A DNA stretch of 37,013 bases from Thermomicrobiales bacterium (lineage in GTDB: Bacteria; Chloroflexota; Chloroflexia; Thermomicrobiales; UBA6265), in NCBI GenBank assembly GCA_035936055.1, contig DASYWL010000163.1, positions 1 to 37,013 of the forward strand, given 5' to 3'. The notes below the pieces were generated by a model. The model was given only the letters and a program-made list of their open reading frames with translations, was not told the origin of the DNA and did not search any database. Shown here one piece after another: positions 17,382 to 26,193 of this stretch (the first letter of the stretch is position 1; every line of letters begins with the position of its first letter). Both the position numbers and the translations under genes were made by a program.

Positions 17382-19586
17382 TCAGGCGGCCGTTTTACGT
17401 GCGCTCATCCGCTGGTTGTTGGGCTCAAGCAGCACGACGAATCGTGTGCCGGCGGTGGGCGCGTCCTCGATCGTGATTCGCCCGTCGTGTGCGCGGACCA
17501 ACTCGGAGCAGATGTAGAGGCCGAGCCCGAGACCCGGCATCGCACCCTCGGATGCTTCGCGTCGGCGGTAGAACGCCGAAAACAGCTGTTCGCGCTCTGC
17601 TTCCGGGATGCCTTTGCCCTCGTCGGTCACCGTGATTTCGAGACCCCAGCCCTCGCGGGTCGATGGACCGACTCCGACAGTGATCGCGCCACCCTCGGTG
17701 TACTTGATCGCATTACCGACGAGATTGTCGATAATTTGGTGAACACGGTCCTCATCGACATTCGATTCGTGGCCTGACCAAGGCGTCTCCAGTCGCACCG
17801 TGTGGGCAGGGGTGGAGGCGTTGGCCGAGTCCACCACCCGTCGCGCGATGTCGACCACGTCAGCTGGAGACCGCCGGATGGTCAGACGGCCGGCACGAGC
17901 GCGGGAGACATCGAGCAGGTCATCGACGAGGCGAGTCATGCGGTCGGCATGGCGCTGAAGCGTTTCGAGGTAGGCGATGTGCTGCGCGTGACCGCCCTCC
18001 GCCGCAAGGTCACGCGCCACCACCTGCGCGAAACCCCGGATCGGTGTCAACGGTGATCGGAGCTCGTGTGAGACGACGGAGACGAACTCGTCGCGCATCC
18101 GCTCGGCTTCCTTCAGTGGCCGGACATCCTGAAAGACGCCGACGACGGCGTCGACCGTGCCGTCGTCGGCCCAGAGCGGCGCCGCGCTGCCAATCACCGG
18201 GAGCGGGTCGCCACCTGCCTGGTGAACGGCCAACTCTACGCCCGTGACCGTCTCGCCAGACGTCAGCGCTCGGTTGATCGGCAAGTCCTCGACGGCATAG
18301 TCGCCATCCAAGCGCAGCTGATCGACGCGCAGCGAAAAGGGGTTGCCGGTGGCGGGCAGCCGGAACATTCGCGTGGCGGCGGCGTTTTGGGCAACAATGA
18401 TGCCCTGCGGTGGACGCACCACCATGACTGCCTCTGGCATGGTTTGGATCACCGCCTGGAGGCGCCGATGGGAGTCGGAGATGCGGCCGAGAAGTTCTTC
18501 CTGAGCATCTGCGATGCTCGCAGACTCCATAAACGCAACCGCGCGGTGGGCAAGCGCCTCAAGGCGGGCGGTTGCCGTTTGTGCGAACCGGTAAGGGGCA
18601 TAGAGGCCTACCCAGGCAACGCCGACGACGCGCTCTTCGGCACCGAAGAGCGGCACGCCGAGGACCGACCGTACGTGCCGGTTCACCTCCAGAACGTCAC
18701 CGATCTCTTCCGGCATTACAGTGCTCGTGTCGTTGATCGCCAGGGGGCGACGCTCCCGGGCGACGCGCCCCACAAACCCGTCTCCAAACGGGATCTCAAC
18801 ACTAGGGCGCATCTGGTGCGCGGTTTCCTCCTGGCTACCATAGGTGACTGCCTGCACGAGGGCATTGGAGGGACCGTCGGTCAGGTAGATCGCGCCAGCC
18901 GACGCCCGGTTGACGCGCACCATTGCAGTGAGGATGTTCTCGAACACGGAGATGTAGGCTGCGTTGTCACCGGCAGGGCGCTGGGCGGCGGCGATCTCGA
19001 CCGCGTTGAGCGCGGTGTTGGCCGCACGCATAGCGGCGGCATCAAGCCGGGCGCTGGCCTGGTCGTACTTGAGGCGCTCGACGGTCGCGGCGACCGCCCC
19101 AGCGAGGATCAGGAACAGCAGCAAAACGACGATGCCGCGCGGCTCATTCCACGCGTCGAGCAGCCAGCGCTCGCCGAGCAGTGTCACATCCAGCAGCACG
19201 GCGCCTGCGATGGTGGCTGTCACGCCGCCGACCCAGTCAGCCACGTAGGTCGCGAGCATAACCGACACAACAAGTAGTGGCGCGACGAGCGCGGCGTCGA
19301 CCTCCGGAGCCGTGAGGCTGATCAGCAGGAGTGGGACGGCGATGGTGCCCACTGCGAACACGAGTCGCCAGAGTTCGACGCGCGCCTGGCGCATCGAGGT
19401 GACCTGATCACTGCCGATCGACGCCCAACGGCGGAGGGACTCGGACGACTGGTGCATTCTCTCGGTGGTCGAGTGCGCCGCTCTGGTGATGCGATCCCAG
19501 GTTTCGGGAGCCATCCTTGCGCGCGCCCACCCCGCGACCCGCGATTCTCGTGGCTCTTCGGTCGGTTCCAGTTCGTCCTGGCGCAT
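17382..19586 (-). CDS. Membrane sensor histidine kinase (DUF4118-like TM sensor, GAF, PAS, HisKA, HATPase_c)
   Basis: H-box FVSVVSHELRSPLTPIRGF, N-box NLVGNAIKYT, G-boxes TDEGKGIP and GLGLGLYIC. There are multiple N-terminal TM helices. Confidence 0.9.
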   Translation of the reverse strand: MRQDELEPTEEPRESRVAGWARARMAPETWDRITRAAHSTTERMHQSSESLRRWASIGSDQVTSMRQARVELWRLVFAVGTIAVPLLLISLTAPEVDAALVAPLLVVSVMLATYVADWVGGVTATIAGAVLLDVTLLGERWLLDAWNEPRGIVVLLLFLILAGAVAATVERLKYDQASARLDAAAMRAANTALNAVEIAAAQRPAGDNAAYISVFENILTAMVRVNRASAGAIYLTDGPSNALVQAVTYGSQEETAHQMRPSVEIPFGDGFVGRVARERRPLAINDTSTVMPEEIGDVLEVNRHVRSVLGVPLFGAEERVVGVAWVGLYAPYRFAQTATARLEALAHRAVAFMESASIADAQEELLGRISDSHRRLQAVIQTMPEAVMVVRPPQGIIVAQNAAATRMFRLPATGNPFSLRVDQLRLDGDYAVEDLPINRALTSGETVTGVELAVHQAGGDPLPVIGSAAPLWADDGTVDAVVGVFQDVRPLKEAERMRDEFVSVVSHELRSPLTPIRGFAQVVARDLAAEGGHAQHIAYLETLQRHADRMTRLVDDLLDVSRARAGRLTIRRSPADVVDIARRVVDSANASTPAHTVRLETPWSGHESNVDEDRVHQIIDNLVGNAIKYTEGGAITVGVGPSTREGWGLEITVTDEGKGIPEAEREQLFSAFYRRREASEGAMPGLGLGLYICSELVRAHDGRITIEDAPTAGTRFVVLLEPNNQRMSARKTAA

Positions 19587-19610
19587 ACAGATCGGTCCCG
19601 TGATAAAGGT

Positions 19611-20843
19611 CTATTGCGATGCTTGGCGCTGTCCGGTCTCAGCCATCTCGCCGTCGATGATCTCGCCGAGAATGCGGATGCCCTCGCCGATCTCCTCGTC
19701 CCGCGCGAACGAGTAGGAGAGGCGCAGCATGTTCTGGCCTGAGCCGTCGGTGAAGCAGGAGCGGCCCGGAAGGTACTCGACGCCGCGCTCACGAGCCTGT
19801 GCGGCCATCCGTGTGGTGTCGACGCCCTTCGGTAGGGTGACCCAAATGAAAAAGCCGCCTTCTGGCTCGGTCCAGCTGCATCCCTCCGGAAAATGCTTCT
19901 GAAGCTCGGCGAGCATGAGGTCGCGACGATGCTGGTAGATGGCCTTGAGCTCCTCGATGTGCTTGTCGAGATGGTCGGGGATCCACTCGGCAGCGACGTA
20001 GGAGCCGAAGACATTCGTGCTGCCGTCCACCTTTAGCACACCCATCTTGCTGACGAGTGCCGGGTGTGCGACAACCCAGCCGAGCCGCATGCCCGCGCCG
20101 AGCGTCTTTGAAAGCGTGCCGAAGTAGAGTGTCGTCCCCCGGTTGTCGAGGCTGAAGATTGGTGGGATCTGCTCCCCGGAGTACCGCAGGTCGGCATACG
20201 CGTCATCCTCGAGGATGAAGGTGCCGTACTCGTGCGCCAGTTCGACGATGCGTTCGCGGCGCTCAGGGGACGTCGAGACGCCTGTCGGGTTCTGGAAGTT
20301 CGGGATCGTGTAGATGAACTTAGCTGTAATGCCGTTTGCTTTCAGGTCGGCGAGCGTCTTCTCAAGAGCCTCCACGTTGGTACCAGCAGCGTCGACCGGC
20401 GCATTGACCGGTTGCGCCCCGGCGTTCCGGAACATTCGGACTGCGCCCATCCAGGTCGGAGCCTCAGTGATGATCGTGTCGCCCCAGTCAACCAGGGCTT
20501 CGATGGCCAAGCCGATTGCCTGGCTCGCACCGGCGGTAATGAGAATCTGGTCCTGCTCCGCCTCGATGCCGAAGTCGCGGCGCAGCTTGTCGAGCAGGAT
20601 CTGCGCGAGATTCCGATTGCCGAGTCCATGGCCGTACTGGAGTGCCCACTCGCCCTCGGCCTCGAGGGCGGTCTTCGTGGCCTCGATCACACTTGTCTTG
20701 GGCAGCGAGTCGCGATCGGGGAAGCCGGCGTAGAAGCTGATGATCTCGGCGGACTTGCGGGGGTCGCCCACTCGCAGACCAGGCAGGTCCTTCGCCCGGC
20801 GGCTGATCAACGACTCCAGAGGGACGGCCTGCGTGGTTGCCAT
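19611..20843 (-). CDS. PLP-dependent aminotransferase, class I/II (AspC/LysN-like)
   Basis: Fold-type I motifs (TAGASQAIG, NPTG, and FGTLSKTLGAGMRLGW with the catalytic Lys). Start reset to the ATG at 20843 (MATTQ...), preceded by GGAGAG with an 8-nt spacer. A promoter lies inside the longer track ORF. Confidence 0.88.
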   Translation of the reverse strand: MATTQAVPLESLISRRAKDLPGLRVGDPRKSAEIISFYAGFPDRDSLPKTSVIEATKTALEAEGEWALQYGHGLGNRNLAQILLDKLRRDFGIEAEQDQILITAGASQAIGLAIEALVDWGDTIITEAPTWMGAVRMFRNAGAQPVNAPVDAAGTNVEALEKTLADLKANGITAKFIYTIPNFQNPTGVSTSPERRERIVELAHEYGTFILEDDAYADLRYSGEQIPPIFSLDNRGTTLYFGTLSKTLGAGMRLGWVVAHPALVSKMGVLKVDGSTNVFGSYVAAEWIPDHLDKHIEELKAIYQHRRDLMLAELQKHFPEGCSWTEPEGGFFIWVTLPKGVDTTRMAAQARERGVEYLPGRSCFTDGSGQNMLRLSYSFARDEEIGEGIRILGEIIDGEMAETGQRQASQ

Positions 20844-20895
20844 GAAGTGACTCTCCTGGTGCTCTCTTTGTCGTCGCCGAAACTTCGCTTTCAGC

Positions 20896-20925
20896 ATTGT
20901 ACGGTCACTGAGGGGGCTTGGCCAA
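20896..20925 (-). promoter_or_regulatory. Sigma-70-type promoter for the aminotransferase-kinase operon
   Basis: Minus strand: TTGGCC (20925-20920), 18-nt spacer, TACAAT (20901-20896). It lies about 50 nt upstream of the ATG at 20843. Confidence 0.4.
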
Positions 20926-21084
20926 ACGATTCATGCGCCGGGCCCCAACCCGCGCGGACCATCGGCCGGGTTCAGATGCACGGGCGTAGTAGAATCGGCT
21001 TGACGAAAGCTGCTGGCGTGAGTGAGCGGCTGGGCAGCGCCGCCTTCGGTCCATGGCCGACGATATTGTGCAGGAGAGACGATT

Positions 21085-22152
21085 TTGGTAAGCAACGTGA
21101 CGCCTGCCGACACCCGCCTCGAGGCCAAGGGCGACGAGGATCGCATGTTCGATATCACCGTGATCGGTGCTGGCCCGACCGGGTTGTTTGCGGCGTTTTA
21201 CGCCGGGCTTCGGGGCGCGTCGGTGCAGATCATCGACTCGCTGGAGGAGCCGGGCGGCGCCTTGACCGCCATCTACCCTGAAAAATACATCTACGATGTT
21301 ATCGGTTTCCCAAAGGTGCTCGCCAAGGACTTCGTGGGGGCGTGTCTTGAGCAGGCCATGCGCTCCGGTCCGACCATTCGCCTCAATGAGCAGGTGCAGG
21401 ATTTGCTCCCGCAGGAGGATGGCACGTTAATCCTTCGCACGAGCAAGGCGGAGCGTCGCAGCCGCTCAGTGATCGTCGCCGCTGGTGTGGGCGCATTCGA
21501 ACCGACCCGGCTCACGGCACCCGGCGTACGAGAGCTCGAGGGCAAGGGAGTCCACTACTTCGCAAAGCGCGTGGACGACTTCCGCGACAAGAATGTGGTG
21601 ATTGTTGGTGGTGGGGACTCCGCCGTCGACTGGGCCGTGACGCTCGAGCCGATCGCCAAGACCATCAAGCTGATCCACCGATCCAAATTCCGGGCGCACG
21701 AGGCGACGGTCGAGGAGCTGGAGCGATCGAGTGTCGAGCTCTTCTACCCGAAATGCGAGGTCACTGAGGTCTGGCCGGGGCCCGACGGGCGAATCGGCTC
21801 GCTGACGTTCAAGAACGGTGATGACGAGCTAATTGACCTCGAGGTCGACGAGCTGATCTGCGCCATCGGATTCAAGGCCGATCCGGGCCCGATGCGCAGC
21901 TGGGGATTCGAGTTGGCGCGAAACCAGATCGTTGTCGACAAGATCACCATGGAGACGAATATCCCGGGCGTGTTCGGTGCAGGCGACATTGTCAGCTACC
22001 CCGCCAAGTTCAAGCTCATTGCGAATGGCGCGGCGGAGGCGGTCACGGCGATCAACCACGCAGTCACCTATTTCAACCCCGACGCGAGGCTCGATCCGGG
22101 TCACTCAACGACGATCATGGAGAAGCGGGCAAAGGAAACGGCCGCCGATTAG
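21085..22152 (+). CDS. Ferredoxin-NADP+ reductase, thioredoxin-reductase-like type (YumC family)
   Basis: DITVIGAGPTGLFAAFYAGLRGASVQIIDSLEEPGGALTAIYPEKYIYDVIGFPK and GGGDSAVDWAV...HRSKFRAHE closely parallel B. subtilis YumC. Start is ambiguous: TTG 21085 (AGGAGAG, 8-nt spacer) or ATG 21145 (GAGGA, 5-nt spacer). Confidence 0.9.
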   Translation: MVSNVTPADTRLEAKGDEDRMFDITVIGAGPTGLFAAFYAGLRGASVQIIDSLEEPGGALTAIYPEKYIYDVIGFPKVLAKDFVGACLEQAMRSGPTIRLNEQVQDLLPQEDGTLILRTSKAERRSRSVIVAAGVGAFEPTRLTAPGVRELEGKGVHYFAKRVDDFRDKNVVIVGGGDSAVDWAVTLEPIAKTIKLIHRSKFRAHEATVEELERSSVELFYPKCEVTEVWPGPDGRIGSLTFKNGDDELIDLEVDELICAIGFKADPGPMRSWGFELARNQIVVDKITMETNIPGVFGAGDIVSYPAKFKLIANGAAEAVTAINHAVTYFNPDARLDPGHSTTIMEKRAKETAAD

Positions 22153-22217
22153 GTCGCGGACAGCTGGTAAGCGCCGTTGTCATAGCCCCCTACAGCATAA
22201 TCACGGCTGAGGAAGAG

Positions 22218-22246
22218 AAGACCCGCCCGGAGGCTGGGCGGGTCTT
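22218..22246. terminator. Bidirectional terminator between the convergent FNR and trpS genes
   Basis: 11-bp stem AAGACCCGCCC/GGGCGGGTCTT with a 7-nt loop. The minus-strand side is followed by CUCUUCCUC. Confidence 0.6.
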
Positions 22247-22265
22247 GCTGTCGATGTTGCTGCGG

Positions 22266-23318
22266 CTACGGCCGGGGTCGGCCAATACCCATACGCTCCC
22301 GGACGAGCCCCATCTTGCCGGAAGCCATGTCGTTCGCCTGCTCGGCGCCACGTTGCAGAACGCCGGCAACGAAGCCAGCATCATCGTTGAGTCGGGTGAG
22401 TTCTGCCTGGATAGGTGCAAGGCGGTCGACCACAACATCGGCGAGCTCTTTCTTGAAATCGCCGTAGCGCTTGCCCTCGAAATGTGCTTCGACCTGCGAC
22501 GGCGTCATGCCGGTGAGCGAGCCGTAAATCTGGATGAGATTGGTCAGGGCCGGCTTGTCTGGTCCGGCGGTGACGGTCTCGCCGGAATCGGTGACTGCAC
22601 GGCGGATTTTCTTCCGAATCACATCAGGTGGGTCAGAGAAGGCGACGTAGCTGTTCTCGCGCGGCGAGCTCTTGCTCATCTTCTCGTCCGGCTTGTCGAG
22701 CGCCATGATGCGAGCGGCTTCCTCCTTGATGTCCGCCTTGGGCACTACGAAGGTCTCTCCATAGCGCGCATTGAACCGCTGGACGATGTCCCGCGTGAGC
22801 TCGACGTGCTGGCGCTGATCGTCGCCGACCGGCACCTCTTCCGCATCGTAGAGGACGATGTCCGCCGCCATGAGCACCGGGTAGCTGAAGACCACTGCGG
22901 AGACGGAATCGCCCTTGCCGGCTGACTTGTCCTTGAACTGCGTCATGCGACGCAGTTCGCCGAACTGGGTGACCGAGTTGAGCAGCCACTGCAGTTCGGC
23001 GTGCGCCGGGACATCGGACTGCACGAAGAGCAGGCACTTCTGCGGGTCCAGCCCCGATGCCAGGAGCGATGAGGCGACGTTGCGGATCTGCTGCTGGAGT
23101 ACGTCAGGGTCGGGATTGTTCGAGAGTGCATGGAGATCGACGACGCAGAAGATGCTGTCGCTGTTCTCGATTTGATTGACCCAGTTCCGTATCGCACCGA
23201 GGTAGTTGCCGAGGTGAAAATTCCCGGAGGGCTGGATGCCGGAAAAGACGCGAACCTTCTTGAGCTCCTCGGCGGTGTCTGCCTGGTTGGATGCGCGATC
23301 GGGAGCGTGGGTCACCAT
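22266..23318 (-). CDS. trpS: Tryptophan--tRNA ligase
   Basis: Class I signatures: a HIGH-like motif (PSGNFHLGNYLG) and KMSKS. Length is typical of TrpS. GAGGA lies 9-10 nt upstream of the ATG. Confidence 0.95.
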   Translation of the reverse strand: MVTHAPDRASNQADTAEELKKVRVFSGIQPSGNFHLGNYLGAIRNWVNQIENSDSIFCVVDLHALSNNPDPDVLQQQIRNVASSLLASGLDPQKCLLFVQSDVPAHAELQWLLNSVTQFGELRRMTQFKDKSAGKGDSVSAVVFSYPVLMAADIVLYDAEEVPVGDDQRQHVELTRDIVQRFNARYGETFVVPKADIKEEAARIMALDKPDEKMSKSSPRENSYVAFSDPPDVIRKKIRRAVTDSGETVTAGPDKPALTNLIQIYGSLTGMTPSQVEAHFEGKRYGDFKKELADVVVDRLAPIQAELTRLNDDAGFVAGVLQRGAEQANDMASGKMGLVRERMGIGRPRP

Positions 23319-23426
23319 GATGCTGAATCCTCGATTGCTCTTGCCTGCGACGATGCCTCCGGCGGCGAGGCCGCCAGAAGCTTACCAAACGCATTCCGGG
23401 CATATGAGACAGATGTTCCCCGACGC

Positions 23427-23798
23427 CTAGCGGGCTGAGGCGGTTTCGGGAGTGCGGACGGCTTCACCCGAGCACTCCTCTGGCAGCCATGCCGCTCCGA
23501 ACTCGCGCATCATGTCGATGACGGGGAGGAGGGCCTTACCCTTCTCGGTCAGCGCGTACTCGACGCGCGGCGGCACCTGGGCGTAGCACCGGCGGGTGAC
23601 GACTTGGGCGTCCTCCAAGCGCTTGAGTCGCTCAGAGAGGGTCTTGGGGCTGATGCCGCTGAGCGACCGCTCGAGTTGACTGAACCGCCTCTGGCCGACC
23701 GCAAGGTCGCGCAAGATGAGCGGAGTCCACCTGTTCCCGATCAGGTCGGCTGTGCGAGCGACCGGGCAGCTCACCAGCCGGGCCTGGTTGCTTACCAT
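23427..23798 (-). CDS. HxlR-family (winged-helix) transcriptional regulator
   Basis: CPVARTADLIGNRWTPLILRDL...FSQLERSL.GISPKTLSERLKRLEDAQVV.R...PPRVEYALTEKG is the canonical HxlR pattern. I prefer the ATG at 23798 over the TTG at 23825. Confidence 0.85.
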   Translation of the reverse strand: MVSNQARLVSCPVARTADLIGNRWTPLILRDLAVGQRRFSQLERSLSGISPKTLSERLKRLEDAQVVTRRCYAQVPPRVEYALTEKGKALLPVIDMMREFGAAWLPEECSGEAVRTPETASAR

Positions 23799-23855
23799 GA
23801 AATATCCTGTCCGCGATTTAGCCAAGAACCGCGCCTACGACATAAAGCTTCCCTG

Positions 23856-23884
23856 AGGATAGCAGGTATGCCGGTGCGCATCAA
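23856..23884 (-). promoter_or_regulatory. Sigma-70-type promoter for the HxlR gene
   Basis: Minus strand: TTGATG (23884-23879), 17-nt spacer, TATCCT (23861-23856). Confidence 0.4.
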
Positions 23885-23893
23885 TCACGCTCG

Positions 23894-23921
23894 TGGTCAG
23901 ATGCACGGCGGGATTTATACT
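23894..23921 (+). promoter_or_regulatory. Sigma-70-type promoter for the divergent holin-like operon
   Basis: TGGTCA (23894-23899), 16-nt spacer, TATACT (23916-23921). It is back-to-back with the HxlR promoter, so a shared operator is likely. Confidence 0.4.
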
Positions 23922-23993
23922 GGTCCCGGGACGCTGCGCGGCATCGCGTTTCATGCTGGGCGGCCGGTGGGATGTGAGGGAGTACGAAGTTCG

Positions 23994-24338
23994 ATGGTCC
24001 GGTTTATCGCGTATGTCGTCGCCACCGTGGTCGCCACGCTCGCGCTTGGAACGATCTCCGAACGACTCATCGAGTTCGACCGAGCGGAGTCCGTTTTGCT
24101 CTTTGCGGTCGTTATCGGAGCGATTAACGCCTTCATCAAGCCGATCGTGAACTTACTGACGCTACCGATCACGTGTCTCACCTTTGGACTCTTCACGATC
24201 GTCGTGAACATGCTGCTCTTCTGGATCGGTGCCCGCATAACTCCCAACGTGGAAATTCCGACATGGTGGGGGGCGCTCTTTGGGTCGCTGCTGGTCAGCG
24301 TTGCGGCCGGCATCATTTTTACGGTGATCGATGAGTAG
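23994..24338 (+). CDS. Small integral membrane protein of the phage-holin-4_2 / YvlD-like family
   Basis: 114 aa with 3-4 TM helices and the characteristic ...AVVIGAINAFIKPIVNLLTLPITCLTFGLFTIVVN... The track ORF 23604..24338 is over-extended into the antisense of the HxlR gene. The ATG at 23994 is chosen. Confidence 0.75.
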   Translation: MVRFIAYVVATVVATLALGTISERLIEFDRAESVLLFAVVIGAINAFIKPIVNLLTLPITCLTFGLFTIVVNMLLFWIGARITPNVEIPTWWGALFGSLLVSVAAGIIFTVIDE

Positions 24339-24954
24339 GTACCCGATCGAGGACGAGCTGGTCACCGAGCGTCGCCACTTCGGTGATCCTCTCACCATCG
24401 GTGTCATGTCAGACACCCACATTTACTCTCGTGGCCGTCGTGTCGTCCCGCCCGGTGTGATCCGACTCTTCCGCCGAGCACGAATCGACCTGCTCGTCCA
24501 CCTCGGTGACGTCAACAGTCGGCACGTGCTCGAGGAGTTGGGCGAGTTGGCTCCGCTTATCGGCGTGCCGGGCAACAACGATGAGCCGGAGCTGCATTTC
24601 ATGCTTCCGGAAACGACGCAGTTTGCCATAGGCGAGCGGACCTTTGGTGTCCTCCACGGACATGGTGGATGCACGGCCCGCGACGAGGCGATCCGGCGCT
24701 TCGTCGGCAAGGTGGATTGCGTGCTCTTCGGCCACAGTCACAAGCCGCTGATCGACCAGATCGACGAGACCATCCTCTTCAACCCCGGATCGCCGACGGA
24801 CCGGCGCTGGAACGAGCACTTTGGTGTCGGGATCATCCGCGTTGAGGCAGGTACGATCAGGCCGGAACTGATGCTTTTTACCGACGCCGATCATCTGGAC
24901 AACATCGACGTCGCCGACATCGCCGGCGAGGGACGCTTGGGGGACGACGAGTGA
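24331..24954 (+). CDS. Metallophosphoesterase (YfcE/MJ0936-like)
   Basis: Motifs SDTH, HLGDV, GNND, HGH and GHSH in the canonical order. The ATG overlaps the upstream stop by 8 nt. Confidence 0.85.
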   Translation: MSRYPIEDELVTERRHFGDPLTIGVMSDTHIYSRGRRVVPPGVIRLFRRARIDLLVHLGDVNSRHVLEELGELAPLIGVPGNNDEPELHFMLPETTQFAIGERTFGVLHGHGGCTARDEAIRRFVGKVDCVLFGHSHKPLIDQIDETILFNPGSPTDRRWNEHFGVGIIRVEAGTIRPELMLFTDADHLDNIDVADIAGEGRLGDDE

Positions 24955-26063
24955 CCAATCACATACAGGATCCACGGCTGACTGACGGTCGTTGGCTTCG
25001 CATCCCCGGCCCGACCCCGGTGCCGCCGCCGGTACTAGCGGCGATGGCGGAGCCCATGATTCCCCATCGGGGCAAGGAGATGTCGGCACTGATCCGTCGA
25101 CTCCGAGAACGCCTGCAGGAGGTCCACCGCACCGAGGGCGACGTGATGGTGTGGTCGGGCAGCGGCTCGGCCGGCTGGGAGGCGGCGCTCCAGAATAGCT
25201 GCCGGCCAGGCGAGCGCGTGGTGGCGACCGTGACTGGTGACTTCGGCCGCCGCTTCGCTGACGTTGCCGAGCGGCTCGGGCTCTGGGTGACGCGGGTGGA
25301 GGCGCCGTGGGGACAGGCGGTGAGCCCTCAGCAGGTTGAGGATGCGATCAAGCGGGCGGGCGGGGTACGCGCCGCCCTGATTACGCACAACGAGACCTCG
25401 ACCGGTGTCACCAACCCTCTCAGGGAGCTCGCCAAGGTGGCACGGAGGCACGGCGCACTGGTACTTGTCGATGCGGTGAGTTCGGCGGCGGCGATGCCAG
25501 TGGAAGTCGGCGCCTGGGATTTGGACTGGGTGATCTCCGGTTCGCAAAAGGCCTGGATGTGCCCGCCCGGTTTGATGATCGCGGCGCTGAGCGAGCGCGC
25601 CCTCCAGGCGGCTGCCGACCAGAGCAACCGGCGGTTCTTCTGGGACGTGGAGAAGATGGCGAGCGCGTTCCAAAACGGGCACGCTACGACGACGCCCGCG
25701 ATTCCGCTGTACCGTGCCTTGAATGTCGCGCTCGACATGATGCTTGATGAGGGAGTCGAGGCAATGTGGGAGCGGCAGGCGGCGCTTGGAGCATGGCTCC
25801 GGGACCGGCTGAAGGGGCTCGGCCTAGTGCTCTACGCCGACGAGGCGGTCGCATCCGCATCGGTGACCGCTGTCCGGCCTCCGGCAGGTATGCCCGCCTC
25901 GACATTGCGTGACATGATCCTCGCCGACAGCGGCATCGAGGTCGCCGTGGGGCAGGGGCCGGAAACCGAGGCGGTGATCCGAGTTGGGCACATGGGGTGG
26001 AGCCATCGGCCGGAAATGGAAGCCACGGTGGAGTCGATCGCCCGGGTATTGAGTCACAGGTGA
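24951..26063 (+). CDS. Class V aminotransferase (serine/alanine--glyoxylate or serine--pyruvate type)
   Basis: IPGPTPVPPPVLAAM N-terminus, HNETSTGV, and DW.ISGSQKAW with the Schiff-base Lys. The GTG start overlaps the upstream stop (GTGA). Confidence 0.88.
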   Translation: MTNHIQDPRLTDGRWLRIPGPTPVPPPVLAAMAEPMIPHRGKEMSALIRRLRERLQEVHRTEGDVMVWSGSGSAGWEAALQNSCRPGERVVATVTGDFGRRFADVAERLGLWVTRVEAPWGQAVSPQQVEDAIKRAGGVRAALITHNETSTGVTNPLRELAKVARRHGALVLVDAVSSAAAMPVEVGAWDLDWVISGSQKAWMCPPGLMIAALSERALQAAADQSNRRFFWDVEKMASAFQNGHATTTPAIPLYRALNVALDMMLDEGVEAMWERQAALGAWLRDRLKGLGLVLYADEAVASASVTAVRPPAGMPASTLRDMILADSGIEVAVGQGPETEAVIRVGHMGWSHRPEMEATVESIARVLSHR

Positions 26064-26075
26064 CGCACCGGCGCG

Positions 26076-26104
26076 TTGTCAAGTCCCCAGAGCTTCGGTA
26101 TACT
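26076..26104 (+). promoter_or_regulatory. Sigma-70-type promoter of rpsA
   Basis: TTGTCA (26076-26081), 17-nt spacer, TATACT (26099-26104). The leader is about 85 nt. Confidence 0.55.
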
Positions 26105-26193
26105 TGACACATACCTCCTCCCACGAGACCAGCGCTCTCGAGTGGCTGATCGTGGTGAGGTTTCGCATGTGTATTCGGTCTTAAGGAAGGTCT

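Noticed and set aside
23319-23426. T-box leader upstream of trpS.
   Set aside because: Only about 108 nt separate trpS from the upstream gene. There is no specifier-loop, T-box sequence or terminator/antiterminator arrangement.
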